Origin: Diadema antillarum
Lineage: Eukaryota
Direction of reading: 5' to 3'
Assembly: GCF_040938485.1 (NCBI RefSeq)
Contig: NW_027271449.1
Coordinates: 1,612,001 to 1,676,000 of the forward strand
DNA: 64,000 nucleotides
Of the stretch, positions 49,253-62,059 are shown piece by piece; the stretch's first letter is position 1, and each line of letters begins with the position of its first letter. The notes below the pieces were generated by a model that was not told the DNA's origin, ran no database searches, and saw only the letters and a list, made by a program, of their open reading frames with translations. The position numbers were made by a program, and so were the translations under genes.

Positions 49253-52200
49253 GTGAGCCATAAAAACCGCGAGGTATTCCCAGCTCTGGCATCAGCTCTA
49301 GCCAGTTATACTGGCCGCGCATGCATTGCCATTGAAGCACGCACGTGCGCCCCATGGTATGGCCAAAGCAGTATGCCCAGCGGACAGCGGACAGCTGACT
49401 GGCCGGCCGGCCAGCTGACTGTGCTGCTGTGTCAGCAAGAAGGTGCTGCTGAGGCCAGTGAGGGCCCCTGAAATCCAAATGCATGTTGATTTGTGTTGAT
49501 TTATGATACTCTCAACATCAGTTTTGCGGTGAAACGAATATCTAGTAGAAACATTCCATATATTTTCGATGATTTTTTCTTTTCTTTTTCTTCAGATTAC
49601 TTGGGAACGCCCACAAAAAAAGGCCTTCCAAACCAAATATTCCTCAGAATCAGATGACCTCGTCTGTCAATCATTGCTAAACTAAAGTACTGAAATGTTT
49701 AACAAAAGACGTTGGAATGCACCTTCCCCTCGACTCAGCATAACTTGCATGTTCCCTCGCCATGTCTTTTGTTAGTCACAATAACAATATCACAGAAACA
49801 TGCAAATTCTGCTGAGTCGAGGGGAAGGTGCATTCCAATGTCTTTTAATTGTTTGTTAAACATTTCAGTACTTGGCAATTTGCATGTTGATTGACACGGA
49901 ATGACAGATGAGGTCATCTGAGGAATATCGGTTTGGAAGGATTTTTTGGAGGCATTCCTGAGTAATCTGAATTGAAAAATAGAAGAAAAAATCATTAAAA
50001 ATATTATGTGGAATGTTTCTTGATATTTGTTTCACTGCAAAAGTGATGTTGAGCGAGGGTATCATAAATCAACACAAATCAACAATGCATTTGGATTTCA
50101 GGGGCCCTTTAAATGTATTAGAGCGCTGTTGCTCATACTTGTACTTCGCTGGGCGATGATGGGTCGGGCCTTGCTATTTCTGTCCTCCAAAATTGAGGGG
50201 GTTGATGCTTTCCTCGGCTCTAGTGATTATTCTCAGAAGTAAAACCTTTGTCAAATTCAGCGAATTATCCAATTAAAATGCATGCTTTAGTTTTTTATAT
50301 CGGTATCCACGTCAATGATTACCCCCTGCCCCCGTTTTTTGTTTGTTTGTTTGTTTTTTTGCCCATCCAAGACTAGTAGGGTGTCAAGTTTTTGTTCAAT
50401 ATTCAGGAATTGTGTTAATCTCCTACCTCTAACTTGTAATGTTAGTTTTGAGAAGGCACAAGTAGACTCTACATGTACAATGTGAATACAAAATGTAGAG
50501 AGCTGTAAAGCAAGCTGCCCATACACATGTAATTTGACTGCCAGCTACTTGTACTGTTTAAAAAACCTATGGGATGTGGACACCTAGGTCCTTGACCGAA
50601 AGATCGGTCTGTATATGGTCATCGGGTAGACCCCCTATATGTTCCGCGGGGACTGCATCTGGCTTCATGGAAGCCCCTCCTATATGTCTATGGAGGAGAA
50701 GAGAGCTGATAAAGTAAAAAAAAATGATAGAATTGAAAGACTCCTCTGCACTGGACAGACAGATTTTTCTGTCTTACATTTTTTGTACTCTTACATTAAT
50801 TTGTAGGTCCCTATGCTTCTGCATGTGGTCAAATTTTGTCAGAGGTCAAACCTTGTGTGGGTTTTGTAATCTCTCCCAAAGCAAAGAAAACAGGAACAAA
50901 TTTACTGTACCAGGTATACAGAAACAAAATACAGAAATTCATTTCGTGTGCCATGTGACAAAAAAAGGAAGGTGACAATTGTTGGAGGCATACCTGTGAG
51001 CTAGAAGATGGAAAATAAATTTTGCTGCAACTTACAAGCCATCGAGCTAGGGTATCCCCATTACAGGCCTCACTCAGTATGTCCTTGATGTGGAATTATG
51101 TTACTTTACTCTTCTCAAATTTACCACCAGCTCAGAACCTGAAGTTTTCCAGTCCAGGCTAGACATGGCAAAGGAAGCAAAGAAGAAGAAGGCTGCAAGT
51201 TCCGCACAAAGTGCCAAGCAATCGGTCAGCGCAGGATTGTTTTTATTTTAGTGTCATCTTTTTATTTTTTTACTCATGCATAATTTCTTGATGAGGTAAT
51301 TGCAACAAAATTATTGTCATGTCTTAGACATAAATGTACATATAGTACATGTCATGAGAGGGGAATAATGTGATGGTTTTATATAAATCTATGCACAAAG
51401 CAATCCTTGAGAGTGAAACTTTTTTTTTTAAATTTAAAATGTTGATATTTGGATTTTATTCTGGTGTGTTTCACTTTAGTGCACTGTACTCTTGTGCATG
51501 CATTTATTTTACCAATACACTCTACATCAGGTAACAAAATGTTGTATCCCAGCCATTTTGAGCTGCATTCAAATGTTGTAGATGCCAGGTCCTATTGTTC
51601 TCTCTATGCCAAAGCCATAACAAGATATGCTCCTTTCTTTAGACATCAGTGACTTGTTTTGTTCTAACATGATAACGACCTGGCAGTCAGACAGAGTTCC
51701 ACTTCAGTATAAGTTTGTTTTTGTGCATGGTTAGCAGCACAATGCATTTGTCACCTCAGTTGCCAGTTGAGGAAACTTGTGAATGCATTTCTAATACCAA
51801 GTAGTTCAATCTTGCTCACCTCTCAAAAAATTTCTGGTTAGTAGTGAGTGCATCAAAATAGTATTGTACACCCAAGCAGATTATTTTTTTCTGTAATCCT
51901 TAGACACATTGCCAAAATGTTTTTTTTTTCATATTTGTTCAGCTGTCAGATACTCCAAGCCCCCCTCAAATGAAGCCAGGAGAGTCACAAGGGCAGAAAG
52001 TAAGTATACACCACAACTATTGAATAATGTCATAGTTGTATGAAAGGGCTTTTTGTTTTTAAGAGGCATTAAGAGATACAGGATTTGGGAGTTTACAGAT
52101 AAATTTGCAGTTTTGTCCTTCAAGACAATACTTTTGTAGAGAACCAAGAGTGAAGATAAATGTGTAACCATGCTCACACACTTGCACATACAGCATTGCC

Positions 52201-55200
52201 ATGATTATTACTCCCATCCCTCTGGTTTAATGGTAGAAGCTTCTTTGTTTGGCTGTCTATGTGTGAGTAAAGTCACATTTAGATTTTCTATTAGAGATAC
52301 CAAACAGGTGTCAATCTTTCATGTATCTTCTGTTCTGAATTAAATTTCATGTTCATACAAAGAAGAACATTTTTTGCACATTGTGTGATGCACAATAGTT
52401 GCAGGTGTGTGGGCAGATGAAATAAGCCTGCAAGACACACTCGTTTCTAGACACAGGGTCAATACAAATGACCTCAAGGATATCGTAGATGCTAAAGGCC
52501 AGATATTTTTTAAATGTAGCTACTGAAGTACATGAATTATCTTCTGTTTAAACCTAATTTGTCTCATCCCCCGTCACCAGAGCTTGGATGCCATTGTCAA
52601 GACAGACCTACTGAGACAGCATTCAGTGGAGGAGATCACACAGGTGAGTGTCTGCTTGCTGTTACGTAAGGCATCTGTGTGCAGCAAATTCTGACAAATA
52701 AACTGCACATGATTGTTCATAGAACAGAAAACATTGTAGGGACAGAAGTAAGCAGCATTATTGAAACACAAAGTTGAGGAACGTATGGACCAGTGTCATT
52801 AATAAAGCCAAAGCAGATGCATCCTAGTGTTTGTTGTTGATGTTTTTCAAGTACAGATGCTTTGAGAGAATCCAGTGATGATGCATTCACAACAGTCAAA
52901 TGTTATTGAATAGACTCGGTGCCAATAATTCAAAGAGATTGTAATGAAAAAAAAAATGTGATGGAACTCATAACTACTGTGTACAAGTGGCCTAAGATGA
53001 TGGTCACTTCCTTTGAGAATCACTTTGAACAATGGAAATATTGTACAGATAATGATAATCATTTCAGTAGTAGGCAGGAATTGTTTCTTGCGTGATTGGT
53101 TTTTCAGAGAGGCTACATTTTTTAATGTCGTTTTTAATACCACCTGTGTATCCCACGCACGTTTTATCTCCCAGATATTCTAGACTTGTGTTCAACATAC
53201 TTTGCATTGTTTTGATGTGAAGGCTGTGGGAGAAAAGCCTCCTTAGTACTTTGTTTGTTTTTGCTTTGGTGTAAAGCGCCTTGAGCATTCAATCAGAATG
53301 GAAAATGGCGCTATAGAAATTGTATGTATTATTAATTGTCCCTTTCCTTCTTTTTTGTACAGATATGGAAAGACTTCCACAAGGACAAGGACTACATCTG
53401 TGCTGTTATACCTGTAAGTTTGTGATATGACCGTGCTCAGTTGTGGGTGCCTCCTTTGCGATAATTGTATTTCCCTGCAAGATTCTATTCAGTTGTATCA
53501 TTTATTTCCTTGGTTTGTGCATAAAATAAAAAAATAAGGAAAGATTTTATTTGTTGGGTCAATCATTCTGCACGCAACTTTCAAACTCATCGTATGTACA
53601 GCATTTCAACTCAGATTTATATGATGTGAAGGATACAATTTTTCATCAAATTCATTTTGAAAGATGATGTTTAGTGAGGATTCTGTTAAGATTCAATTTG
53701 CATGCATGACATTGACAAACAGAGCTTTGAAATTATCTGACTGTCTCATTTTCATGATTGTGATTCCAATTTTCTCCATTTTCTTTGTCTGCTTGACTCT
53801 AGATACTACAATAAGTTTATCATGAGGACCTGTTGGACTGTAGTTTTGTCATCATTACTATATTACTATATTATTGTTACTTTTTTTTTTCAAATTTCAG
53901 AGTGATACTTATTCCCGAATGCAAGAAAAAGCCAGAGAGTTTCCTATGGTGAGTTGTATAGTAGTCTGTCTGTTTCTCAGTCTGTGAGTTCATGTGCGAT
54001 ACTGATTGATAAATATATGATACAATTTTTGTATAGCCACACCCATTATTTTGATAGCATGGATGGTATCATAGGAAGGAAATTAAAATATAAAAACAGT
54101 TGACAGATTATGTATTCTTAACACTTTAGGCAACCTGTTTATAAGCATCCCAACGCCAGTGTATATTTTGCATATGAAAAGATGTTATTTTACACGTAAT
54201 TATACAATGGGCAGTGTATGTTCAAGGAAAAAAAAAACAGAATATAAAGTTATTTTAATCAAATCTAGGTCTTTCCTCTAGATTTGGTCTTAAGATATAT
54301 TAATCATATCTAGATCTCTCCTCTAGATTTGGTCTTTAGATATATCAATCATATCTAGATCTCTCCTCTAGATTTGGTCTTTAGATATATTAATCAAATC
54401 TAGGTCTTTCCTCCAGGGCCCCATTTCATAAAGAGTTGATATGATAGCAACTCTTGCTGGGATGACAATTGTCATGGTAATGACTAGAATACTGCTTACT
54501 GATTGGCTGTTGCTATTGGAAGTTGCCATTCCAGCAAGAGTTGATATCAACATCTTTTATGAAATAGGGCCCTGATTTGGTCTTTAGATATGCTGGCAAT
54601 TTGAATTCTTATTATGGACATAGTAGTTGCATGATACATATTTGTGAACAGTGAGTGAATTGCTATGAGCACATTCAATGGATGAAAGAAGAACTTCGAT
54701 GGTTCAAATTAACCCATCAAGGAAGCATGTTTCTGTACTGTATTGTTGGTTGTTTCTTTCTTGACATAAGTTTGTCATTCATTGTTGACGAAGTCAGCAT
54801 ATATCTCTCGGAAGTATATGCAGTGAAATTCAGAGTTGCCAAGTTGTTGATTTCTCTCTGATTTTGAGCAGATTTGATTCATTTTAGCTAGTTCCATGTA
54901 ATCATTCTCCAGTACAGATATAATGCAGTGAAGTTCAGTGTTGCCAATTTGGTGATGACAAGATGATAATTACCGCAGCATAACTTCTCCAGTACTTGAT
55001 TGATTGATATTTTCCCTCCCCTGTATCCCGACGCACCCAGTTCCTGTACCCTCTGCCCAGGGCTGAGGGGTACGAGTTCTTCTTTGCCCAGTTTGACAAC
55101 CACTGCTGCTACTTCACCTCTGTCATCAACTATCAGGTGAGTTTCATCTCTCCTTTAGTATTGTCCTCTGCAGAGGCATTTTAGGTATTTTGTTACAGCC

Positions 55201-57481
55201 ACTTTATTGTATAAGATCCATTCACCATTGTCTTCCTACCTTAAAGGGGATAACTAGTAACTGATCAGTGGGAATCAATGGGAATGCTGGGGGATGATTG
55301 TTCCAATCCTTGTGGGATTCATTTAACAGTACATTACATATCTACTGTTGTGTGAAAATTATTTGCTTCAGAATGGTCTCATATTCAAGTATATATGCAA
55401 TTTAAGGCCCTGTCACTGTACAGGCATGCTACCCTGGAAATATTAAACTGCACATTACTTGAATATGAGACCATTCTGAAGCAAATGATTTTCACACAAC
55501 AATAGATATATAATGTACTCTTAAATGAATCCCACAAGGATTAGAACAATCATCCTCCAGCATTCCCACTGATTCCCACTGATCAGTTACTAGCCATCCT
55601 CCAACAGAGGGTTTCCAGTTTAAGATTGATTTCTCTTTGCCCGTGACTTCCTAAGATTCTCTTACTTAACCTGTTGAGGACAAGTCGTGAGTATATTCTG
55701 GCAAGCGTCTTTGGGAAATGTGTGTTGTAGCAAAATCAAACCGTCTTCAACGGGTGTTGTTGAGTTTGGTTTAGTAATCATAGATCATCGAAGGGAATTT
55801 ATACCGTAGGGGTATATGGGTGGGGATACGATAGTTGGAAAGGATATTTGTCAGTAGTGTGTGAACTCACTTAAAGGTAATGGCTGAAAGTAGACTCACA
55901 TTTAATAGATGCTTTGCTTTCTCACAGAATATAAATGTTTTTGTTCATTCCTGACACAGGCCTACCAAGAAAACACACCTGCCCTACTCACAATTACTCA
56001 TTATCCAGAACTGCAAGAAGAAAAAGGTACAAATCCTTGTTTCATTCATACCAGAGCAATAAAGCATAGTGCTACTGGTAAAGCTATTTTCGTAATACTC
56101 TAATATGAACCTTGTTGTTGTTGTTGTGTTGGTTTTAATGGCGTGTATCACTCAAGACTGAGTATTACGTATAAACAGAACCTGTTTGTTATACATTTAG
56201 CCTTTGTTCAAGGCCCTCTTGCTGTAGTATTTTCAAGTGTACAGAGCGTAGACACTGCATGCAGTTACATTCTTGTCTGTGCTTTTATTTTCACAGATTT
56301 TTTGAGTCGAGTGATATCCACAGAATCAATTATTCATGAGAATATTGCCTTCTGTAACGAAAATACAATGCATATCTTGATATAAGTTTGGAGATAACTA
56401 TTTTAATTTTCATGAAAATTTTTTCCTGATTTATCATTCCTCGACTGGGGGTTTTCATCACAAATTCAATCACCTGTAAACCTGTCTTACAAGGCCCAAT
56501 ATGTAAACTGTCATAGTGGCAAAGCACATGGCCAGTTCAACATTTAGTTGCAGATTCCCTTCATTGATTAAAAGTTGACATTGCAAGGATTTGGGGGAGG
56601 ATTCAAGGGTTAGTGCTATGACTTACATACATACATACTTGTAGTATATTCTGATGGAATCCTTTATTTTCTTTTCTTTTTTAAAATTGAATCTCTATTT
56701 TCAAACCTTTCGATATGAACCTTTTAGGAATTGTGCTGATGCGAGGGGAGATGGACACAAAGTTAGTGGTAAGTCGGTCTTCAACCAACTCATTCTGTCT
56801 TAGCAGTAATGCTATTTAGCGAAAGAAATATAGTACTCCAGTATACTAATTGCTCTATGAATCAGGAAAACTATAATGCAATAAAGCAAGATTTACATCA
56901 ACAGTTTTAACTGTGAATTTACTGTGCCATTGGAAAATTGTTTTTATATTGCCTGCAATATTTAACGCGTTGAGGACGAATCCCGAGTATACTCGGGCTG
57001 GTGTCTATGGGAAATGTGTGTTGTAGCAAAATCAAACCGTCCTAAATGGGTTAATTTTGTGTGCAATATCTGAAATTTACTATGTACTTGTACTTACTGG
57101 TATACAAATATAGTAAGACACATTAATTATGCAAATGATGTAGGATGTCAGTTTGCCTGGCGCTAAATTATATGCACATTATACAGACAAAGACACATAC
57201 CAACACACACATAAACTTACAGTATCTATTTGGGGTTGGATGGTATAACATGGGATCATTCAACAGTAGTCAAAATATTGCATGTACGTGCAATCCATTC
57301 TCCTTTCATTTCCCAGTCTGTCCAAGATGCTCAGTTCTTTGCCAACCAACTTCAGCTGTACTACGCCACCGAGGACGCCGCCCGCCAACAGTTGCTAAGC
57401 GACTTCAACCGACGCCCAGCAGATTTCAAGCACATGGACCTTATAGCCCAGCTCTCAAACACGGCCGTCGGCCTTGGCTGA
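49047..57481 (+). CDS. ATPAF1: ATP synthase mitochondrial F1 complex assembly factor 1 (ATP11 family); 10 exons, 295 aa
   Basis: Exons 49047-49252, 51131-51224, 51943-51999, 52581-52643, 53363-53413, 53901-53948, 55041-55136, 55960-56026, 56728-56768 and 57317-57481 are in phase (888 nt). Motifs: [67 protein letters not shown]. The Arg-rich N-terminus resembles a mitochondrial presequence. An alternative start at 49065 has a better Kozak context. Confidence 0.93.
49461..50113. mobile_element. Fold-back TTAA-type MITE in ATPAF1 intron 1
   Basis: About 80-bp TIRs (AGGGCCCCTGAAATCCAAATGCAT...; right end CCCCT|TTAA) plus a second inner inverted pair (about 49630-49770 vs 49795-49945). Confidence 0.75.
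51131..51224 (+). CDS. ATPAF1: ATPAF1 exon 2 ([12 protein letters not shown]...AKQS)
   Basis: Acceptor accag|C. The donor TCG|gtcagc is weak and was chosen for phase. Confidence 0.75.
51943..51999 (+). CDS. ATPAF1: ATPAF1 exon 3 ([19 protein letters not shown])
   Basis: ttcag|CTG ... AAA|gtaagt; 57 nt. Confidence 0.8.
52581..52643 (+). CDS. ATPAF1: ATPAF1 exon 4 ([21 protein letters not shown])
   Basis: caccag|AGC ... CAG|gtgagt. Confidence 0.92.
53363..53413 (+). CDS. ATPAF1: ATPAF1 exon 5 ([17 protein letters not shown])
   Basis: tacag|ATA ... CCT|gtaagt. Confidence 0.92.
53901..53948 (+). CDS. ATPAF1: ATPAF1 exon 6 ([16 protein letters not shown])
   Basis: ttcag|AGT ... ATG|gtgagt. Confidence 0.92.
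54256..54590 (+). repeat. 45-bp minisatellite (about 4 units) interrupted by a Harbinger-type MITE (54415-54572)
   Basis: Unit starts at 54256, 54301, 54346 and 54391; unit 4 resumes (GATTTGGTCTTTAGATAT) after the GGGCCC...GGGCCC element. Confidence 0.85.
55041..55136 (+). CDS. ATPAF1: ATPAF1 exon 7 ([14 protein letters not shown]...VINYQ)
   Basis: cccag|TTC ... CAG|gtgagt. Confidence 0.93.
55241..55604. mobile_element. Palindromic TTAA-type MITE in ATPAF1 intron 7
   Basis: TTAA|AGGGGATAACTAGTAACTGATCAGTGGGAATC... with a nearly complete reverse-complement arm of about 150 bp. Confidence 0.8.
55666..55755. mobile_element. 85-bp piggyBac-type mini-MITE copy 3 (opposite orientation)
   Basis: TTAA|CCTGTTGAGGAC...CCGTCTTCAACGGG; right TSD decayed. 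Confidence 0.7.
55960..56026 (+). CDS. ATPAF1: ATPAF1 exon 8 ([22 protein letters not shown])
   Basis: cacag|GCC ... G|gtacaa. Confidence 0.92.
56728..56768 (+). CDS. ATPAF1: ATPAF1 exon 9 ([14 protein letters not shown])
   Basis: tttag|GA ... GTG|gtaagt; 41 nt. Confidence 0.92.
56962..57054. mobile_element. 85-bp piggyBac-type mini-MITE copy 4 (opposite orientation)
   Basis: TTAA|CGCGTTGAGGACG...CGTCCTAAATGGG|TTAA. Confidence 0.75.
57317..57481 (+). CDS. ATPAF1: ATPAF1 exon 10 ([17 protein letters not shown]...AVGLG*)
   Basis: cccag|TCT; TGA at 57479-57481. Confidence 0.93.
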   Translation, partial: SVQDAQFFANQLQLYYATEDAARQQLLSDFNRRPADFKHMDLIAQLSNTAVGLG

Positions 57482-59097
57482 GCTGGTACTCAATACAAAA
57501 GTAATCATCTGTCGATAATTACAAAGGGGATTGGAATGTTCAAGGGCACCGAATGGTAGATCAGTATTATAGGTATGACATAAAGCTGTGGATGTCTTTC
57601 ACATTGGTGCTGAATGTATTCGATAAGAATCGTGTCAAGAGTGTGTGCTGTGGTACCAAGTCAGTACTCCTGCTTCTCAGGAGGAGGATGATGATGAACA
57701 AAACGTTCTTTACAGTCTATGTCTTTACGAGGTATTCATTTGAATCATTGAAAATCATAGACATCACAGGGCTTGACATTTACACTGGCCCCCGGTGGCC
57801 CAGTGGCCCGGGACCACTAAAAAACACCAACAAAAAGATGTCTGGCCACCAAAATTTCAGACAAGTTTATCTTTTGGTGACCCGACTGGGCAAATTGAGG
57901 TTCAAAATGGATTGTTATTTTCTTTTTATTTCGGGCAAATTCATATTTCTATTTCAGGGGCAGACATATTGAAATGGAACTAAATTAACCTATTTAACAT
58001 ATTTTGTCTTACAACTATGCAAACAGTCATTGCCATATTTCTTCCTGGCTATGTTTTTCTCATTTAACTGCTACATGATAAAACAACATGAGGTATAATG
58101 CAATGATAAAGCACATAACTATTTTTTTTTTCTTAATGAGCTTTATTGTGTAAATGTAATATACATGTACTGTATGTGTCTACCTTCTGTCTTGATGGCG
58201 TCAAGTTTTGCTGGCTTGCCAGTCCCACATGTGTCACCATATCATGGAAACCCTCACGCTTCAAGGAGAAAGTGGTGATACAATGGCCCCCGACTAGAAA
58301 TTCTCTCCACTATAAATTCTCTTTATCGAGATTAAGAAGAGCAAAATGTTTAGAATGAAAGTAGCATGCAGTTATAACAGTGCTATACACATCGCAAATG
58401 TAACTATCTTTTCCATTTTGGAAGTTTGTTAGCTGGGAATCTAAACCTGCCTAGATATCCACATAAAAAGGAAGCACAAACACAGTCATGGAGCTCTTCC
58501 TCAGCTCAGACTGGTGCCAACTAACACTGCCTTAAAAACTCTCTAGATCATCTCTCTATATTGAGAGATAGGACTATTTAGTAGACCAATATGTTGAGAA
58601 TATAATGCAGATGGCAGCAGATGGATCTACACTAGTGGGACTGCAGCTTACCAGTAATTTTTACATGTTACAGTGCACACGTGTTGTCTACAATGTCAAG
58701 TGGTGATTTTGGTTTGCCCCTCGGGCATTAATGTCTTTATAGCACATTCAGTTTTGAACCCATCAATTATACTCACACACACAGAAACAAGTAATGAAAT
58801 AAAAAAGAGCGATTCAGAAACTTTGTAGCAGTGTCATTTCTGGTCCCCCCCCCCCCAACACACACGTACACCCATGTCTACACTACATGTATGATTATCC
58901 TCCCCCATCAACCCGAAAACAAAAAAGGAATAGATTATGGATAATTATCAATACCGCAAGGTTTCAAACATATGGAAGAGTATGATCGTAAATTGTATTT
59001 TAGTCTGAATGGGCAACTTAGCATAGTAGTGTAGTCTATTGAAGAGCGCAGTATACTAGAACCCTAACTTTTGGCAAAAATCTTGGCAAAATCATGA

Positions 59098-59428
59098 AAT
59101 CGGCCCCATCACAGTGCGCATGCATTAGCAATGTTAGGTTTAGGTTTATGGTAAGGTTAAGGTTGTATTTATGGTTATATTAGTCGAGGGACATTGAGCA
59201 AGTCTTCCGAGAGTAAAACACAGAAAGATATGAAAGAACAAAAGAAAATACGGGAGAAAGGACTAAAGATGCTATGATGTGAAAATTTGGTGGGGCCACA
59301 TTCACAAGTATTAACTATGGATATTGTAAAAAAGTATAACACACACAAACAAAATTCTCCGGACGGACAGATTTTTCTGTCTAGCCGCCGTAGTATTAGT
59401 ACGAACACACAGTGATGGGGCCTATTTC
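59098..59428. mobile_element. MITE with GGCCCCATCAC TIR
   Basis: AAATCGGCCCCATCACAGTG ... CAGTGATGGGGCCTATTT. Confidence 0.55.
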
Positions 59429-59524
59429 ACAAGTATGCCAGTCTCTTCATTGACAAATCAAGTTGTATTAATCTACAAAACCCAGCAGTGCTAAATGATC
59501 TTTTCATCATCGTTGTCACACCAA

Positions 59525-59770
59525 TTTTTGTCGAGCCCACCGGAGGTGAGGGGAGACTAAGGGATCGCCTGCGGTGTCTGTCCTTCCTTTGTCCATCCGT
59601 TGTCTGTCCGTTACGCTACTAAAACTTCAATAACTCTTTACTCTGAGCTTCAATTGCAATCAAACTTCGAGGGAATAGGGGTCATACAAAGTTTCACATT
59701 TTACCATTTATAAAGGTCACCTCAAGGTCAAAGCTCACAGGCAGGGGTCAATGAACTTTATGGCCCAATA
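59525..59770 (-). mobile_element. HINE/Helentron-like fragment
   Basis: T-run, stem-loop, (GTCC/GTCT)n microsatellite, then AAGGTCA motifs. Confidence 0.5.
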
Positions 59771-60199
59771 TTAAGTTTTTATGGCGCAATTTATGGGCAA
59801 TTTTCCCAATTCCATATGGTGCATGCGGACCCAGGTTGAGTCGTACTGTGACTCAGCGAAATGTAGCCCACAAACAATTTTCTACCTAAAATTGCCAAAT
59901 TTAATGCTCTCTTTGAATGTCTACTTTACTGATTTGTGACATCATGGGACCTTGTCTACATATGGTCAGTCTGCTAACTGTATAACTATATTGCAGTTTT
60001 TCAGCTACTGCAGACACCCAGCATGTATTGCAGCCCCTATTCTGCACCATCCCCACCCATGCCCCAGCCATGGCTCAGGAGGGCTGGGGTGCTGGGGCAT
60101 TTTTGGGGCCCACTGGACCTTGCTCTGAGGTTTGCGGCTTCTTGCCCAGCTCTTCTTATCAATGTCCGCCTCCTGGCTCCCCTTGGGAAGGTAGAGACG

Positions 60200-60370
60200 G
60201 GTGGAGGTGGAGGGCTCTGGGGCTGGTAAGGTTTCTCTGATCTTCTTGACGGCACATGCCGGTATCACTTTCCTTACGCCTTTCCCAAGGGAGGAGTGCA
60301 CCCACTACGTGAGCATGTGGTAGGCAGCATACTTATCGCTTTTTGCCAGTCTTGTCCAGCAGACGTTAAT
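60200..60370 (-). pseudogene. C-terminal fragment of a KolX / P2X7-ballast-like protein
   Basis: KYAAYHMLT*WVHSSLGKGVRKVIPACAVKKIRETLP matches the family pattern Y-x-AYR...W..G.LG...R.V.P.C....IR..(F/Y)P; one in-frame stop. Confidence 0.75.
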
Positions 60371-60479
60371 CTGTATGATTTGGCCTAAATTGAACTTAAC
60401 ACCTTTATTGCAGAAAAATGCAACACGTCTGAAGTATACTTATGCTTGTGCATGTGTATGCCTTGTAACAGTAGGATGT

Positions 60480-60950
60480 GTTATGATTGCAATATTCCCC
60501 AACTAGATGATCCCATAGGGTAGTTTTCTCCATACAAACGTCCACTGGAATGAAGACTTTCTGCTTGGCATTGAGGAACATTGCGTTCATTAGTCGGGTG
60601 TCCAGTGTCCACAGCAGACAATTTCTTTGTCTGATAGCATATATCATGGCTTCTGTTCTGAGACGACCTTGAGGCTATTGACCACAGCATACTTTCTTCT
60701 CAATATCAGTGGGCATATCCTCTCATTTTCCACACGTGCACCATGGTATATCTTCTCGTGGTGGAGGCGGTGGCTGCTGTTCTTGCGTACATGTGTACAA
60801 AATGTCGAATACCAGTCCAGGGGACCTGTCAATCTGCCTTAGCATTATTTCCTCCAACTCCTCACATGTCAGCTTCTTTACATCATTGGTCGGGGATTTT
60901 TGAAACAAACTTGTTCAGCTTTGGGAGCTCTCTCTTTATAGTTCCTCCAC
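60480..60950 (-). pseudogene. Second, more decayed KolX / P2X7-ballast-like gene
   Basis: VKKLTCEELEEIMLRQIDRSPGLVFDIL...PWCTCGK*EDMPTDIEKKVCCG, then frameshifted remnants consistent with RKV.IP...VWR...ENYP...GEY. Confidence 0.65.
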
Positions 60951-60974
60951 GTGACATCCCGTCTTTTTAAAACA

Positions 60975-61790
60975 CTTTGAAAATCCCATTTGCGGATGCC
61001 GAGAGCCATGGCTTGTGTGTGAAAACTAACATGCCGCTGTGTGAAAGATGACAGTTCTGGTGAATTTGGTTGAAGTATTCATTTGCTCGGTTGAATACCT
61101 ATGACTCCTTTTCCCTTCCATAGATGAGAGGTGCTGCATTGATCTGTGCAGGAGCAGGTTTTGTGACTTTCAGAAGAACAGATGGTGCTGGATTGTCATG
61201 ATTGGTGTGTAGGACAGAATGAGCAGATGAAGCAGTAATGCGCCCTGCACGGTGCTCATGCCAGATAGTTGAATTTGCTTGCTCTCGGGTTTTTTTCTTC
61301 CAGGTATTCTGCTTCACGTGGGGTGATGTGTAAGGATGATGCCAGGTCTTCGCATTCACATTTGAGTTCAGATGGATGGAGTTGGGTGTGAGTTTCCTTG
61401 TAATGTGATCGTAAGGCTGTTGGCAAATGTGGTGTCGGTGGCAGAGTTCTTGTAGAATGGAAGGGGATGGATGATGAGGAAAACAATGAAAGTGCAACAG
61501 GAGGTTGCTCATTATTGCTAAGAATCTGTAAAAAACTTTGCTGTTCTGCATCAGACGGAAGAAGCATCTCGGATGTTGGCCGTCTCTTGCTTTGCGTGAG
61601 TTCGACTTTGTTGATCGCTTCCTTGCTATAGAAGCTGATTGAGTGGATGGGGGCTGGTTGGACTTTTTCATTATGAAAGTTGTTCCATTCACATGGCTTG
61701 CTGGTGCATGCAACTGTTGTTACTCCAAGGCGAACGGCTGCCTCCAGCTTGAAGAGCAAGGCAGCAACATGAGAGCAGGATTCACCAAGG
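60975..61790 (-). pseudogene. SWIM zinc finger + YqaJ (lambda-exonuclease-like) transposon gene fragment
   Basis: Acceptor at 61791, then LGESCSHVAALLFKLEAAVRLG (SWIM tail). After a +1 frameshift in an A7 run: WHEHRAGRITAS, YGREKES* and SGMLVFTHKPWLSASANGI (YqaJ PWLGASPDG motif with the catalytic Asp lost). Confidence 0.8.
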
Positions 61791-62059
61791 CTGAAAATAA
61801 TGAACAAGACAAAGGAATAAAAGGATAGTGATATACAATATGTCAAAATAATGAATAATATATGACTATCATCCTCTCAATAAACAGACTGTTTTAACAA
61901 ATGTGTGGAAATCTGAACCTAAACATGGGGGGCGCGACATTTTTTGGTTGGCTGAAAAAAGGCAGGTTTCCTTTATTTGCAGCTACGACTACTGCAGGGA
62001 TTGGGCGTCTCCAGGGATGTGGCGGCTCTGGGGGTGGGGCACCTCAGGAACAAGGCGTC

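Noticed and set aside
60005-60255. Overlapping Pro/Gly-rich ORFs as a host gene
   Set aside because: Apart from the KolX-like part they are low-complexity ORFs within transposon debris.
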